A stretch of 64,000 nt of DNA, taken from positions 1,309,838 to 1,373,837 of the forward strand of contig NW_019091362.1 in the NCBI RefSeq assembly GCF_001949145.1. Direction: 5' to 3'. Positions 13,301 to 53,346 of the stretch are shown one piece after another. Numbering within the stretch: the first letter of the stretch is position 1; the number at the start of each line of letters is the position of its first letter. Position numbers and translations under genes: made by a program. The notes under the pieces were generated by a model that did no database searches, was not told where the DNA came from, and was given only the letters and a program-made list of their open reading frames with translations. This stretch comes from Acanthaster planci (Eukaryota).

Positions 13301-16041
13301 ATAATAATAAAAATAGGAACAAACTCTATTGAGGTTATGCTGGCATACAGCTATAGGTAGGTCCTACAATAAGATATATTTGCACAAATAAGTCTATTTA
13401 CTGGCACATGTGTGTTTAAGTTTCAAACATTTAAATACCCGTATATGAAGATTTCTGATTTTTATACTGGATGGGCCAGCAATCTGTGGGGCAAAAATTG
13501 GGAAATTTGCAACTTTACAAGTGCATAATTGGTGTGTTAATTGTCATCCATGAGATGGCACTCATGGATTAGATAACAATGTGCATTTCAGATTTCAAAT
13601 GTAAACGTTGAGGGAGTTAATGGTTGTCAGTTGTTCAGTTGAGAAATTCCATATATTTGCACCACTCACGGCAAAATTAGAGGCATTGCATTCTTTTTTT
13701 GGTGAAGGGCACTTTGCGTTTCGTGTTAGTTGAATTGTTCTACATTTCATTTAGAAGTCAGATAATACAGCGTGTGTTATGAAATGTCTGAATGCATCTA
13801 TTGATGATGGAACATTTCCATGGAAAGTTTACCCAGTGCTGCCAAGTAGACTTTCAAATTAAGCAGATATAGACACCTCCTTCCCAGAATCAAGTAACGC
13901 CTAAGTGGAAGTCAAATCAGTTGTAACTCTCAGATTACTGAGCATTGCAGGAATTTTTTCTTGTGCAGAGGTGGGATTCCGGGGTTTTAGCATCTAGATG
14001 AAATAGTTATTCTCCATTACAAACCTGGCAGGATATTTGAGCCTTTGTGTGGGCCTGCCATTATGCGCTTTAGCCATCTCAATGCTACGTCAACACTAAA
14101 TGTCTTTTATGTCGGCGTTGATCAGGCGTTATGTATAAGGGACCCCCTGATAGCTGCTGCAACTGAGATCTCCAGCGTAGTGTCATGCATTTGCATCCGT
14201 TCGCTGGTGAAAAGTGCAGATCAACTTGTCCATCACCATGCTAGCTTTTCAGGAGGGAAGGATGACAGGAAGGCGAGATGTTTAAACATTCAGTCTGGGG
14301 AAGTACTGCCTCAATGCACTGAACTAGTATCCTCCGATTTGTCAGTAAATGAACTCTGCAACAATGACAAGTGTTAAAAACATTTTATTGACCGTCCTCA
14401 GTAATAATTTGTTTCAAATGTATGTGTTGAGATGTGTTTACAGAATATTGTAAAGTTATCACGTTAGTTGTCAAAAAAATTAATTTTTCATGTAACTGTT
14501 GTAATGCATTTGCAGCCAAAAATATAAATTACAAATTTGTTATCCATTATTTTTTTTTATAATAAAAATCAGATTGGAGCACACAGAGACTAGAAAACTG
14601 TTCAGATCCAATATGTAATCCATTTCAATCAACCAGAACTGACAAAGAAAGAAATGTGTTTGGGAAAGCACTAAGCGCCAACTGCCAAGTTCATTCGGCC
14701 CGCCATTCATCAGACAGCATCCCATGCATTACATGACTAACCTCTGTCAATAGGCCAACCATGTTGCTGAAGGACTCCCTGAATTCCTAATGGTAAAAAA
14801 AAGAAGAAATCCTGTTGGAATCCTCCATGACTGTCCCTCTAAATTAGCAAGTTCATCTATTCAGTATCCATTTTCAACATGTACTTTGTTTTTCTGTGGA
14901 AAGGGGTTTATCTAATGAGCAGTTGGGCTCCATGATTTTTTTTTTCTATCTTGAAATCTTTGCCTGGAGAAACTCTGAGACTACCTTGGAAGAGTGGGGC
15001 ATTGAGGAGCAGTGTGTGTTATAACAGGAAGAATAATTTTTGCACTAGATGTCAAGGAGTGTGCGCAATTTTAAGGGGATTTTTAGCAGTACATCATCAA
15101 AACCATCACGTTAAGAAACTGGAATAATTTTGACTGTGCGTCTGTGGAACTGCAGTGCACTGAAAATCGAAGGCCCTCATCATGTTAAATTGGTTGAGGT
15201 TTGTGTCAAAGATTAAAAAGGTTGGTCATCAAAATTGGTCACTTGCTTGTTCAGCAGGTGCATTTCAAATCACAGCTCACCTATCCTTTCAGGTCATGGT
15301 GACATGTTGTGATTTTCCCTTAACCTTCTCAGATATTTATTATTCATCATTTGAGGACATGAAATGAAATAGACAATGTTTTGTCGTGTGGTTTTGTTTT
15401 ATTTTGTAGTGCACAGTTTGACATGTACTTCTAAACAGTCTTGTGCCCTGGAGGGAAATGGGGGGAATTTTCTAGGAGAAAATGGCCAAAACTTGACTTG
15501 ACTTGACTTCGCATGGCCAGTTAAGTGACTGTGGCAACCAACTCTCTGTAGGCCTGTTGGTTTGGAGCCCACTGTCCATCAAGTAGTGCAATAGTCGGAG
15601 CAGGTCTACCTGCTGCACCTAGGTTAGTGGGGGGGGGAGCATCCATGAGGATGGCGCCAGCCGTATGGTGGAGGCCTGCTGGCGGCTAGCAGGATCTGCC
15701 TTGCTGGGACTCCTTCTGGGAGCTGGACCACATGGCCAAGAAGCTGTAGTTGCCTCCTCTGGCATGGATAGTAGTGCTCACGGGGGGGGGGGGAGTTGCC
15801 GGTCGGTCTATAGACTTCCCATAACAAGGAGTAATAATATTTTTATTGCTTCAGTAGTGCTTGTGCATGGCTTCAGCTTTTGGTTCATTTTAAAGAAGAA
15901 AGTGATGAACTATTGCCTATTTCATTAGTGTTCAAAACTTGGGCCAGGTCATAAACATAGGACTAGGCCTCTTTTGCAATGACGAAATACATCGGTTGAA
16001 ACGAGGTGAATCTGTTTATAAGAACCTACCTAAGTTCTTCG

Positions 16042-16538
16042 NNNNNNNNNNNNNNNNNNNNNNNNNNNNNNNNNNNNNNNNNNNNNNNNNNNNNNNNNNN
16101 NNNNNNNNNNNNNNNNNNNNNNNNNNNNNNNNNNNNNNNNNNNNNNNNNNNNNNNNNNNNNNNNNNNNNNNNNNNNNNNNNNNNNNNNNNNNNNNNNNNN
16201 NNNNNNNNNNNNNNNNNNNNNNNNNNNNNNNNNNNNNNNNNNNNNNNNNNNNNNNNNNNNNNNNNNNNNNNNNNNNNNNNNNNNNNNNNNNNNNNNNNNN
16301 NNNNNNNNNNNNNNNNNNNNNNNNNNNNNNNNNNNNNNNNNNNNNNNNNNNNNNNNNNNNNNNNNNNNNNNNNNNNNNNNNNNNNNNNNNNNNNNNNNNN
16401 NNNNNNNNNNNNNNNNNNNNNNNNNNNNNNNNNNNNNNNNNNNNNNNNNNNNNNNNNNNNNNNNNNNNNNNNNNNNNNNNNNNNNNNNNNNNNNNNNNNN
16501 NNNNNNNNNNNNNNNNNNNNNNNNNNNNNNNNNNNNNN
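16042..16538. other. Assembly gap (N-run)
   Basis: Run of N. Confidence 1.
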
Positions 16539-18830
16539 TTCGCACACCCAAAGAACTCTATGCATTAAATATTGAAGCAGCCTCAACCAGCCTTAGTGTC
16601 ATTTGACTTTTAACTGTCTGATGCACACTTACATCCACTACATGCTAAAATCAACTGAACAAATGCATAATGTGTCATTTATTTTAGCATGGTTGAACAT
16701 CGGGGCTAATGAACATCGGGGCTAACAAACATGATTAGAAGATAAGAAATTAGATGCGCGTGAATAGCTCTTAAACCAGCAATCTGAGACGTTGCAGCTT
16801 TTGCGTGTCACATGAGCACCAATACACTGTTAGTTCAGCATTTATGTTTGCTCGTCTCATCCCTGTTTCCTAGCTGAGGACGCTATCAGGATTCTGGTTT
16901 AATGCTAGTCACACACCTTCTGACAGGCTCTACTGGACCTCAATCATGTTATTTGCTGAGCGAAAATTACAGTTGTCATAAAGCTGCCCCCGTACGGAGA
17001 AAGTGGAAATATCCTACCTATCAAATGACCTAGGGGAAATAGGCTGCATATCCAAAAAAAAAAATGGTTTCACTCATGTGAAACAAGAAGACACGTTATT
17101 GAAGATGCCAGCCGTGTTGTCAGAAAGGTGGGGTATCATTTATCCTGAACAACAACTTTGCTTGATTAAGCTGTCCATTTGGGAAAGCAGTGTCACACTT
17201 TGGGCTGTATTTAATGAGGAACAGACAGGAGACATGTAGTTATGTTAGTGCCCATCCACACAGATGAGCAAAACGTGAAGGCAATGACAGAAGATGGCAT
17301 GTATACTTATTGCAGAATGATGTTTTACATGTACCTTCAAGGCAGGAACGGCTTCATCCACCAATATATACTGACACCCAACAATAACACCCCATCCACT
17401 GGGAGATTTGAAGCACTCAACCATGCTAGTCAGTCTGTGGCATAGGTCATACCTAACAAGACTGCTGTTTGGCCAGAAAACACTATCTCAGTGCAATATC
17501 TTAGAAAAAATCACTCTGGTTTCCTTTTTTTCTAAATGAAGCGGTTCATCGCCCCCACGTGGTTTGTCTACTTCAAGTGTCATTAAACACTCTCCTAGGA
17601 AACCACTCTGTTCTATTTGTTGTTACGACATGGAATATCCTTTATTGCTGTCCGTGTCATGGGCCCGTATCATATGCCAGTAAAGCTCACCGTCTTTGTT
17701 GGGCCTTACCTATTTTGATTGACACAGTGTGTGCACACACTCAATAAGTTTTTAGCCAAGTACTGCCTTCATGCAGGAAAAAGACATAGTTATGAGGCTG
17801 GTAAAAATGGGGCTGACTAGCCCTGATAGTTGAGCATCTGTGTATCAGTCCAACACGGCAGGTTTGACTCCTGTGTCAGCCATGTTTTTTTAGTGCAACT
17901 AAGAACGACATTTAATGTGAACCGGAAATCCGCTGTTAAGCTAAATATTTCATTTGGGAAGGGAGGGGATAAAATCTGAGGAGACAACATGACTGTGATG
18001 GTACGGCACCTTACCCATAGGGGCATTCTTTACCTCAATGCCCGTATGCGTTAGCAGGTCACAATACCTGATTGGTTAAAGAGCTATATGCAAGGTGCAT
18101 ATCACCTGCCCTGTGAGCGTAGTGCCACTGCTGTAATATGGCTTCTCATTCGGGTCGCCATATTAGTCTGTATGATGCTGTCTGCAGATATTGTTCATTC
18201 AGGAATTTCCTTAACTGCCCCCTTCATATTATACTTCACAAGTGTGATTGTTTTTGCTGCGAAGCATGTAAGCTGTGCATTACACTGTCCAATTGTCCTG
18301 TGAGCATTAGTAATATTTAAAAGTACCTCTACTAAAATGGCAGCATTGATTGAGTTGAGCACTGTTCACTAAGGGACTAGAAAAATGTATGCTTTTAACA
18401 GCTTGTGTCTGAGCAGAAGTGTTCATGTTATGCAGAATGCGGTTTTCTATTCTTCTCTCATCTCTTTCCTGTCCTCATTCTGAAAATGTCGTTTTCTCCC
18501 AGAATACCTCTGCATCTATATACTTTAGTCATGGTTTGTCGTCAATATCTGTCTTAGGCTAGGCTGTTACTTATCTCATCTTGTGCTGTTGTACCTGAAA
18601 AAGATCCTGCAGGCAGTTCCGAGCCGTAATCTTCATCTTACAAGTGTAAGATGTCGTTACCACTCGACCTCTCATCTGGTTTAGCCATGAGCTGCTTTGG
18701 ATTGTCTTCTAGCAATGCTTACATTACTGTGTGGTGCTGATCTGTCAAGTGTACAAGTATCACTCTCACTTTAGCATTTTCTTCTAATTTTTATATGTGT
18801 TTGTGGTATTTTTGTTGTTTTTCTGTGCAG

Positions 18831-45279
<26,449 letters not shown>

Positions 45280-47149
45280 TCAACAGAGACGTTGTCATCC
45301 AATCAAATGATATAGATTGCCAGAAGCAAAAATTGTATTCAGATATAACTATTAATTCTGTTCTTCAGATTTGCTCATAATCTAAAAAATTCCTCATTGC
45401 AATAGCATAACCAGTGCAACCAACACGTTAATGATATGCTCTTTCATTAAATAATAAAATTATACCAATGTTGTACATATATGTCACACTTTAAGGTGGG
45501 TAATGTAAAGTTGATGTCAAATCCTTTTACCAGAAATAGTCAGATGTCCCAACGGGAGAAGTCAGTCTTTTTAAGTTTATTCATCCACTCTTGAAAAGTT
45601 TATTATCTGAAGCATTCACTCAGAGTTTTTATTGTTTGAGTTTCTTTATTCACCTTGATAATTCATACCGTTGCCAAAGCATGCATGACAAGTTTTGTAG
45701 AAAAGCATTTCATGCTGATAAAGTCTTGGAGATGTCTTCCAATGTAACAAGGGTCCTGTCAATGCAATTGTTGTCTCGTTAGATGCATTTTTAAAATTTA
45801 CAATAATAGAAGGCATGCAAGTTCTTGGAGCCTTTGCTTTGTTAGGGCTGCTTGTGTAAATGCAATTGCCGTATTCATAATGATTTATGACAGTTGTTGA
45901 TATTTATGATAGCATGTTTATGGGAAATTTAATTATTATTTTCTGGCCATTAATTATAAAACTTTTTTCCATTCTTCAACTTATAAACATTGGTATAGGT
46001 GTCTGTGAAAATTGCAGTCTTGGTATCTGTTACCATGCAGACTATTTTTGACATGTCCCAATGTAGTGTTCCAAAGAAAGCCAGTATTGATCGCGAAAAT
46101 GACAGATAATAAAAGGACTGCTGGATGAATTAGCATATTCAAAATGAATTACTAAAGAACTGGATCAGCAATACAACCACTAGATGACTGAGCTTTTGAG
46201 GTGGAGGTTTTAGAATTGTGATATAAATTATATAGCTCAAGAACAAAGTCACCATACCATAGTGTAGGTCACAGACACCAATTTCAACCTGCATTATATG
46301 ATATCACAATGAAACCCAAGATAGTAACTATTCTTATGTGTATCATTTCCCAAACGCAATTTTAAGTTTACATAGCACTTTTGTTTGACATTTTGAAAAA
46401 AATTCTTCGTATCATCATATGTAAAAAATACCAAAGTGTTCTAATGTTAGGATGTAAAATATACAGAATTCAAAATTGCAATATAAACGTGTCTTCAAAT
46501 AGCAGTATCATGTACCACGAAAATATCAACAGTTCTAAATTAAAAATAATGAATGGTGTGGAATGAAAAATCATTTTTGAGGAAGTGATTTGTTTTAATC
46601 AAAAGTAATAGAAAAACCATTCTTTTTAGACTAGTATTTGTTTTACTTTCATTATGTATATAATTATAAATTAGGTTACAGTGCATCAAATATTTTAGTT
46701 ATTTCTATTAGATGCACTTTACCCAATATCATTTATCTAATGTGTACTTAATTTTGTTCCCTAAATTGTTGTAAATAGATTATGTACAGACTTTGATTAA
46801 TGATTAACATAAGTCATTCTGTTTCTGTGCATTTTTATATCTCCAAAAAATGAATTTCAACATTTGCAGGGTATTCTTGTAAATAGCTAAAGGCTCTTCT
46901 GTACATATGACCAATATTGTATGTATTCATGCTGGTCTTGTGTGAATCTTGCATGGGATAATACAGCTTTTTGGTGGTTGTCCGATATTAGGGTTGTCCC
47001 CTACTGCAAGGCGCTTTTAGCTACAGTCTTAGATTTGTTTGTATTATTTTTTTTTAGTGAGTAACTTAGTATTTAGTGTGACGTGGACGTGGTAAATTTT
47101 TGTAATTTTGTTAAGCACATATGAGTCAGATTTGAGTTGTAATCAGCCA

Positions 47150-47155
47150 AATAAA
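47150..47155 (+). terminator. Candidate polyadenylation signal of the Slo gene
   Basis: AATAAA at the end of a T-rich stretch and followed by a GT/T-rich tract; other AATAAA sites exist (e.g. near 45453). Confidence 0.35.
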
Positions 47156-48741
47156 GCAGCGACTGTTGCTGTCGTTCACTATTCTTCTTTTTTTCCCCAA
47201 GGATTTGTGTTGTAAAAGTTAATTTTGGTTTCTTGCAAACGTAATGTTATAACATGCACATAAGTTGGCCACTACATGTTGATACAGTTGTACCAGAGAA
47301 TAATGTTAATTTGGTTTTGTTGAACCATGTGAAAGGTATTTGGCGGTATTGTGCTCACATGTTCCACTTTGTCAAGTCTCATTGCAAATGACTGAAAGTA
47401 AGAGGTCTTAAATTATGCACAAAACTATGTACCAAACAAGGCATAAACCAAAATTGAAGGAAATTCTTTAAATAATGAAATAATTGGGTGTGTATGATGC
47501 CTCTGAATTATTCTGAATCAAAGAGTTGATTTTATGAAGATACCACAACATTATTTGCTAGATTTTACCGCCTGCAGTACAGAATTCAGTTTCTAGAAGG
47601 AAAAATATGTAAGTTCTACCAGTGATAAGCCGGTGAGTAGTGTGATATAAGATGCATTTTTTTTCATTATCCAGCAGCATGCTCGGCTGAAATTACATTA
47701 AAAATACAGTTCTCTTTCTGGAGCACACAAATTGTCATAGTCCACAGCTTTGGTGATAATAAAATGGCTGTAGACTCATGACGTCTGTCTGACGTCCAAT
47801 CTTACAGTCAAATCTAAAAGTTGTGCTTAGACACTGTAAAATACTGATGGTGAGAAACGCTTTGTTTCATTTGACAATGACATCATGCATTCCTATCTTT
47901 TTAATATTGGCGACACCATGCAAACCGCATAGCGCTGCACTGTTAGTGAGATCAGAGAATGTGACAGCACGCCCAACATGTATGTATGTATATACTGTGA
48001 AACTATGCATCAATCCTTCCTGTATATATATTACATCCCATCCTGCCTTTGCCAAGAACCATACTACTAGCCGAATAAATAAGTATATCCAAAATTTCTT
48101 GGAGCTGACTTAGATCGTTTATTACAAACATTGTACATATTTGACATTTTCAAGACATCTAGTGTGAACTCATGACGTAATTTCTTGTTCAATTTGCACA
48201 ATTTTCACTTTTATCCTCTTCAGCAATATTACCACAAAAAATCTATTATTGTATGACATATTCAGCTATAATGTAATGTCAACTATCATTGAGAAACATA
48301 TATTGCTGCATCTAAAGAAACCACTTCATGCAAACAATTGTAGATATATTCCAGTAAGCATTTGGTGCACTGCAATTGCATGTAACTGGCAATCTGTACA
48401 CTTTCTTCATTCCGTCAAAACTTGTAGTGGAGATACTGATTTAGGACAATCTTGGACTCAAGTACAATAGTTAGTTCAGATTTCAAATTATATCCCGAGT
48501 GTATCTTTAGTAGTATGAGGATTGTTAATTCACATCTGTACACTGTAGTTCACTTGTCTGCAACAGGGTGATCTCAGCAAATTGTATGAACCAGCCTTTA
48601 CTCTGAGTAGATGTTTTGATTTTGAACACAGAGAGAGACAGACAGACATGAGAAGCATTCTTGTGTGGCTCAAGTGAGGAATTCTGTATTCTATTAGTTG
48701 AATTTCTGAAATTTGAGGAACTATTTCACATGTTTTCAACA

Positions 48742-49497
48742 GGGCCCAATTCCACAGTACTGCTTACTGCATTTTTGCTAACCATGGTGCAGAAATTTGT
48801 AAGGCTGTGCCGAATATCCGAATATTCGATCGATTATCAAATATTTGAATATTATTTTTCGAATTTGAATATTCCAATGCAAATTCATGAAAATGAGGAG
48901 AAAATTGTCCTTTTGTTTTAAATGAGAAAAATTGCACTGTGGAGGCTTGTTCCAAGGAGATTCGGATGAAAAGTAACAGAAACCTTCCAACGATTCAAAA
49001 AGTACATTATTCATTAAAAAATTTAATAGGCGTATATCTTTTCAACAGGAAAAGAAGTATTATTTGTCTCTTAAATCTAGCTAAATCTGGCTGGTGATAC
49101 TCATAGACATGAGAAGCTATTATGATCATAATGTTCAATTGTGGGCGTTATTATTACTGATTTTGTATGTGGTTTGTTCCTCAACAATCTGTCAGTTGGT
49201 CCAAATATTCCATCGAATTGAAGGTCGAATATTCCAATGGTGAATTATTCGAATTGACTCGGCCCTAGAAAGTTGCTTAACGGTAAGACTATTTCATAGT
49301 GAACATTTCACAGTCGCTGTGCTTGGAACAAAACATCACATGGGTACACTTGGAGCTTTCCATTGTTACATCACTAAGTTTAGCACATTTTTCTTTTGAG
49401 GTTATCATGCACTTTGCCGTGCTTACTGACTCCATAGAATATATTCAGCCTTTGTTAGCGTAAGATCATGTGCTTATTAGTGCCACGAGATTGGGCT
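48742..49497. mobile_element. 'GGGCCCAATTTCA' MITE interrupted by a nested element
   Basis: gggcccaattccacagtactgcttac...tgcttattagtgccacgagattgggc. Confidence 0.6.
48800..49267. mobile_element. Nested hAT-like non-autonomous element
   Basis: Termini taaggctgtgcc / gactcggcccta; 8-bp TSD-like flanks gaaatttg / gaaagttg; subterminal cgaatatt repeats. Confidence 0.72.
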
Positions 49498-52400
49498 TAG
49501 TACACATTCAAATCACAGGTAGATAATTTAAATTTGATATAAAAGTGCCAAGATTTTAAGCAAACTTTAAACAGGTCCAAGTTTGTGGTCATAGTAAAAG
49601 ACATCCGTCTTAATATCCATTGTGTTATTTGTATTGAAGAAACCATTTTCTAACGATAGCTTAAGGAAGCTGAGAATGTCACCAACTTGAAATTTCCATG
49701 TTCACCCTGTGTCAGGTTTGCAGGTAGCATTGCTATTAAAGTAAGTGATCATCAATAATTTTTAAAGGATTTGAAATCCTGATTTATAATGAATACAGGT
49801 GTGGTGGGTTTCTCTCACAGTTAGAGGAACTCAGTTTGAAATCAGTTTCCAGAGCATTCTACTGACAGCTGTATCTAGACAACAGGTTTCCTGATTTGAA
49901 AAATGGCTGTTGTAATGATCACTGTGTTTCTGCTGTGTAGACGTTGACCATTTCCCCCCAATTCCTGTATTGCAGTGAGTAGTTTCTAACATGAACTACC
50001 AGTATTTGATTTTGGTATTCTATCCTCTTGAAAAGTTTGTCATTTTTCTTAATCTCATCACTCACTCTCGCAATCTACATACATTTACAAGTTTATGTTT
50101 AAACTCCCAAAATACAAGAAAATTGCATGTCTTCTGTATGTTTCAGACATTGCAAGTTCTGTCATCGATGCATCTATCTTTTTTTGCCCCTCCTTTGGGC
50201 AAGCCAAAGTTTTTTGTCCTCTTTAATTTAATATTCTGATGAAACAGCTGTGCAAATATTTCAAAAATACATAATGTAAATAATCATTTACCCTTTATAG
50301 TACCAACCTTGTTTACAATAAAGTCAAGTACAGGTGTTACCACAATCTCCTGGCTATGCCTTGTTTCATTTCTTTTAAAGCAAAATTGCCAGTTTTGTTG
50401 GGAAAAATAGTTTGGAAAAAGGGCCTTTAATTTTAGTAATATCGGCCCAATGCAGCTTTTTCATATCTGACAGTAATACAATCTCAAGGTAATCTCTGAT
50501 TGATTTACTGATATTGCCCCCCCCCCACAAAAAACCCTCCCTGAAAATTGCTTGAAGATAAAACATTTAATATTTCAAACACACACACACACACACCTAC
50601 AAACAGAATGAGGATTACACCTTAATTTCATTATGATTGCAAACTTACTTTGTTTATTCATGCAGTTTATAAGTCGGAAATACATCCAAATGTCTCCAAC
50701 TAAAAATCCATGTGGAAGTTGATTTCATCCAGGCTAGAAGATTAAGGCACAAATGTGGGATCAAATACTGCAAGAGGTGCAGCATTTATATCAATGCTCT
50801 TGTTTTGTATCCGGTTCATAAGTAACTTTGTCACAAAGGCAGACGCGCCACAATGTGCAGGCTTCCATTGGACCATCACCAAAGTTTCGCATTAATTTCC
50901 GGTTCCATGGTTCCACGTTAACGTCGATCAATGCATGTAACTCTATATGCAGTGCATGTGCAGTGGGCTTGGTTTAAACTGAGGTGACGTTACACTTACG
51001 GACCGGATTCCCCATGCCCTTGGTTGGTACACTTGTTACCAAGTTCAGAAAGTGGGCCATTTTATGTCAAACTGAGCAAATTGTTTACAGAAATCCCCTT
51101 CCTGTTTTTGGTTGATACGGTTGCACTCTAAACTTTTAGTTTATTTTAAGGCACAGAATACTGGATAACAAAGAACTGGAAGGTTTTTTTTTTTTCGTGT
51201 ATCTTGAGGAGTCCACGAGCATAAAATGACCCAATCGGTAGTTAAATACATGTACATTGAGGTCTGAATTCCCTGAGCGGGGAAGAAAATATAACAAAAA
51301 AACCCAAAACAATATTTTTCAAATAATGCCAATATTGCTCCGAAGGCTTCCATGACGGAGTAAAAATTTCATAAGTGAGTGCGGTATCATCTTCCAAATT
51401 TCAAACAAGTTGTGTGACATTCTTTTGATTTGTTCATAATAATTTGTTCATTTCAATTCCATACATTAATATCATATACATATTAATACTTTGATAGTTA
51501 TATAAGCTCATGCAAAAAAAAATTCCACCACTCTTGCACAGAATATACTAATAACCAATTTAAAGTTCGGCACTTACGAATAAAAAAAATTAGCCAATGG
51601 TTGCTTGTTTCTTTTCACTATTCCAAATTTCCAGAAAAGTATTTCAAGAGATGCTCAAGAGTCCTCTAATATCCTCCACTGAGCAGAAACTCAATGGCAC
51701 AGTCTTTCCACTTCAACAGGTCATGAAACCCCATGCAAAGTAATCAAGTTTCTACCCCCCCCCCCACTTGGGAAAGGGTAAGGAGGACACCTTTTCTGAC
51801 TTTGAAGCAAGACTTTCCATGTTTAGTCAGTGCCCTGTCTACCCCGAGGGCGTGTGTTTAGTTACATCTTTGTTCAGCAAGTCTACACCACCACTAAAAT
51901 AGACGGTTTCAGCTACAAACCTCAAGGTCTCAATATACCCTGTACTCAAAATACTGGGCATGTAGACATGCCTGGTGTTTTGAGTACAACCACTTTCACC
52001 GTAATCCAACCTCTGTAAGCCAATCTTCTTTAAGACATGATTATATAGCCCCAATTTACAAAGTAAGCAAAAGCTTTCAAATACATCACATTAAGACAGC
52101 ACAATTGTATTATTGCCACCGGACTCAAAATTCTAGGACGAAGCTAATTCTAACAAACTCACCCTACTTTAAATGTTTCTACTGCTATATAAGTACAATA
52201 TTAAAAGGTCTTTTTTATTTAACTCTTTTTAAAATTCTCAGTATTCAAAAATAATTTGTAGATTTACTTGCATTTCTCTGTTTTTGTCATCAGAGATCCA
52301 ATCTTGAATACTTCACAATTTTTTTTTCACAGAATTATAACAGATATTGGGACAATTCATTCACAAATAAAACATAGGAGGGATAAGATCCCTTAAAAAG

Positions 52401-53106
52401 GGAAACGTGTTTAGTTCCAGTCAGCCATGTTTCTTCAATAAGCTCTTCCTTTTTGTTTTGATTAAAATTTGGTGGGAAAACCACAGGAGGCATTAGTTTA
52501 CATAACACTCATTTAAAAATGCAATGTTTAAGGAGATCTGCCATATTCTCCATTGAGTTTGGAAAGTCCTGAAATTTCTACACAGATTGCAAAAGCAGTG
52601 ACCATCTGTAAGTATTTACATTCTAGAAGTATGCTCAAAATATACAAAAAGGGAAAGCTTATGTTTAAGACATGATTGGATGATGGATAAGAGTTGCAGA
52701 ACAAAGTGGAAAGAGTTCAAAAAGACAATTAAAAAGTTGCAAGGTACAAAAATGGGTAAAAAACTGGAATAAACTTACAGAGCCTCATGGGAAAGAGAGA
52801 TCATCACATCACAATTGCAAGTACAGTAAGTGATTGTTATTTACTGCCTACTGTGGAATATCAAATGCTTGATGAATCATAAAAAGAAAGTAACTTTACT
52901 TGCTGTCAAAAGCATCTTCAGATCTCTGAAACGAATGAAGATAAGAAGCACGTCTTTACCATTACAATACGTGGGAATGCAACTGAAATTATCCTCCGTG
53001 GTGTCTGGTACCTTAACTTCACAGATCAATGATGGAAATGAATCCAATACATGTTTTTGTATCACCAGACTACAGTAGATTTGTTCACAAACTTAGCAGA
53101 GTCTAT

Positions 53107-53346
53107 GGCCCTTTTCCAATACTCGACTTGGGCTCCGTCTCAGGCTTTGTTCCCAAAACCAATCCCCGATTGCGGCCTGAAGCGTTTAAATCACATTGGA
53201 TTACTGTAACTTCTGGCTCTCTTGCATCTTATTTGATGTTTTGTGGCACTATTAGACTAATTACTGTGCTTACAGCTTCAAAATCAGCTAGTTAAAAAAC
53301 AGGTGAAGCCTGAGACGGAGCCGAAGTTGAGTATTGGAAAATGGCC
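53107..53346. mobile_element. MITE with about 40-bp TIRs (GGCC termini, PIF/Harbinger-like)
   Basis: ggcccttttccaatactcgacttgggctccgtctcaggctt / aagcctgagacggagccgaagttgagtattggaaaatggcc. Confidence 0.82.

Noticed and set aside
52..15367. Numerous 60-115 aa ORFs in the provided track
   Set aside because: No recognisable domains or exon structure; consistent with random ORFs in intronic DNA.
15624..15928. GC-richer ORF with a signal-peptide-like start (MVEACWRLAGSALLGLLLG)
   Set aside because: No recognisable domain, no convincing splice sites, and it contains poly-G runs.
15939..16586. Long ORFs of 173-209 aa
   Set aside because: Artefacts of reading through the N gap.
50994..51015. Minus-strand ATG GGG AAT CCG GTC C|gtaagt resembling a first coding exon of a third gene
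   Set aside because: I could not find any phase-compatible downstream exon between 45.3 and 51 kb; it may be repeat-derived or non-coding.
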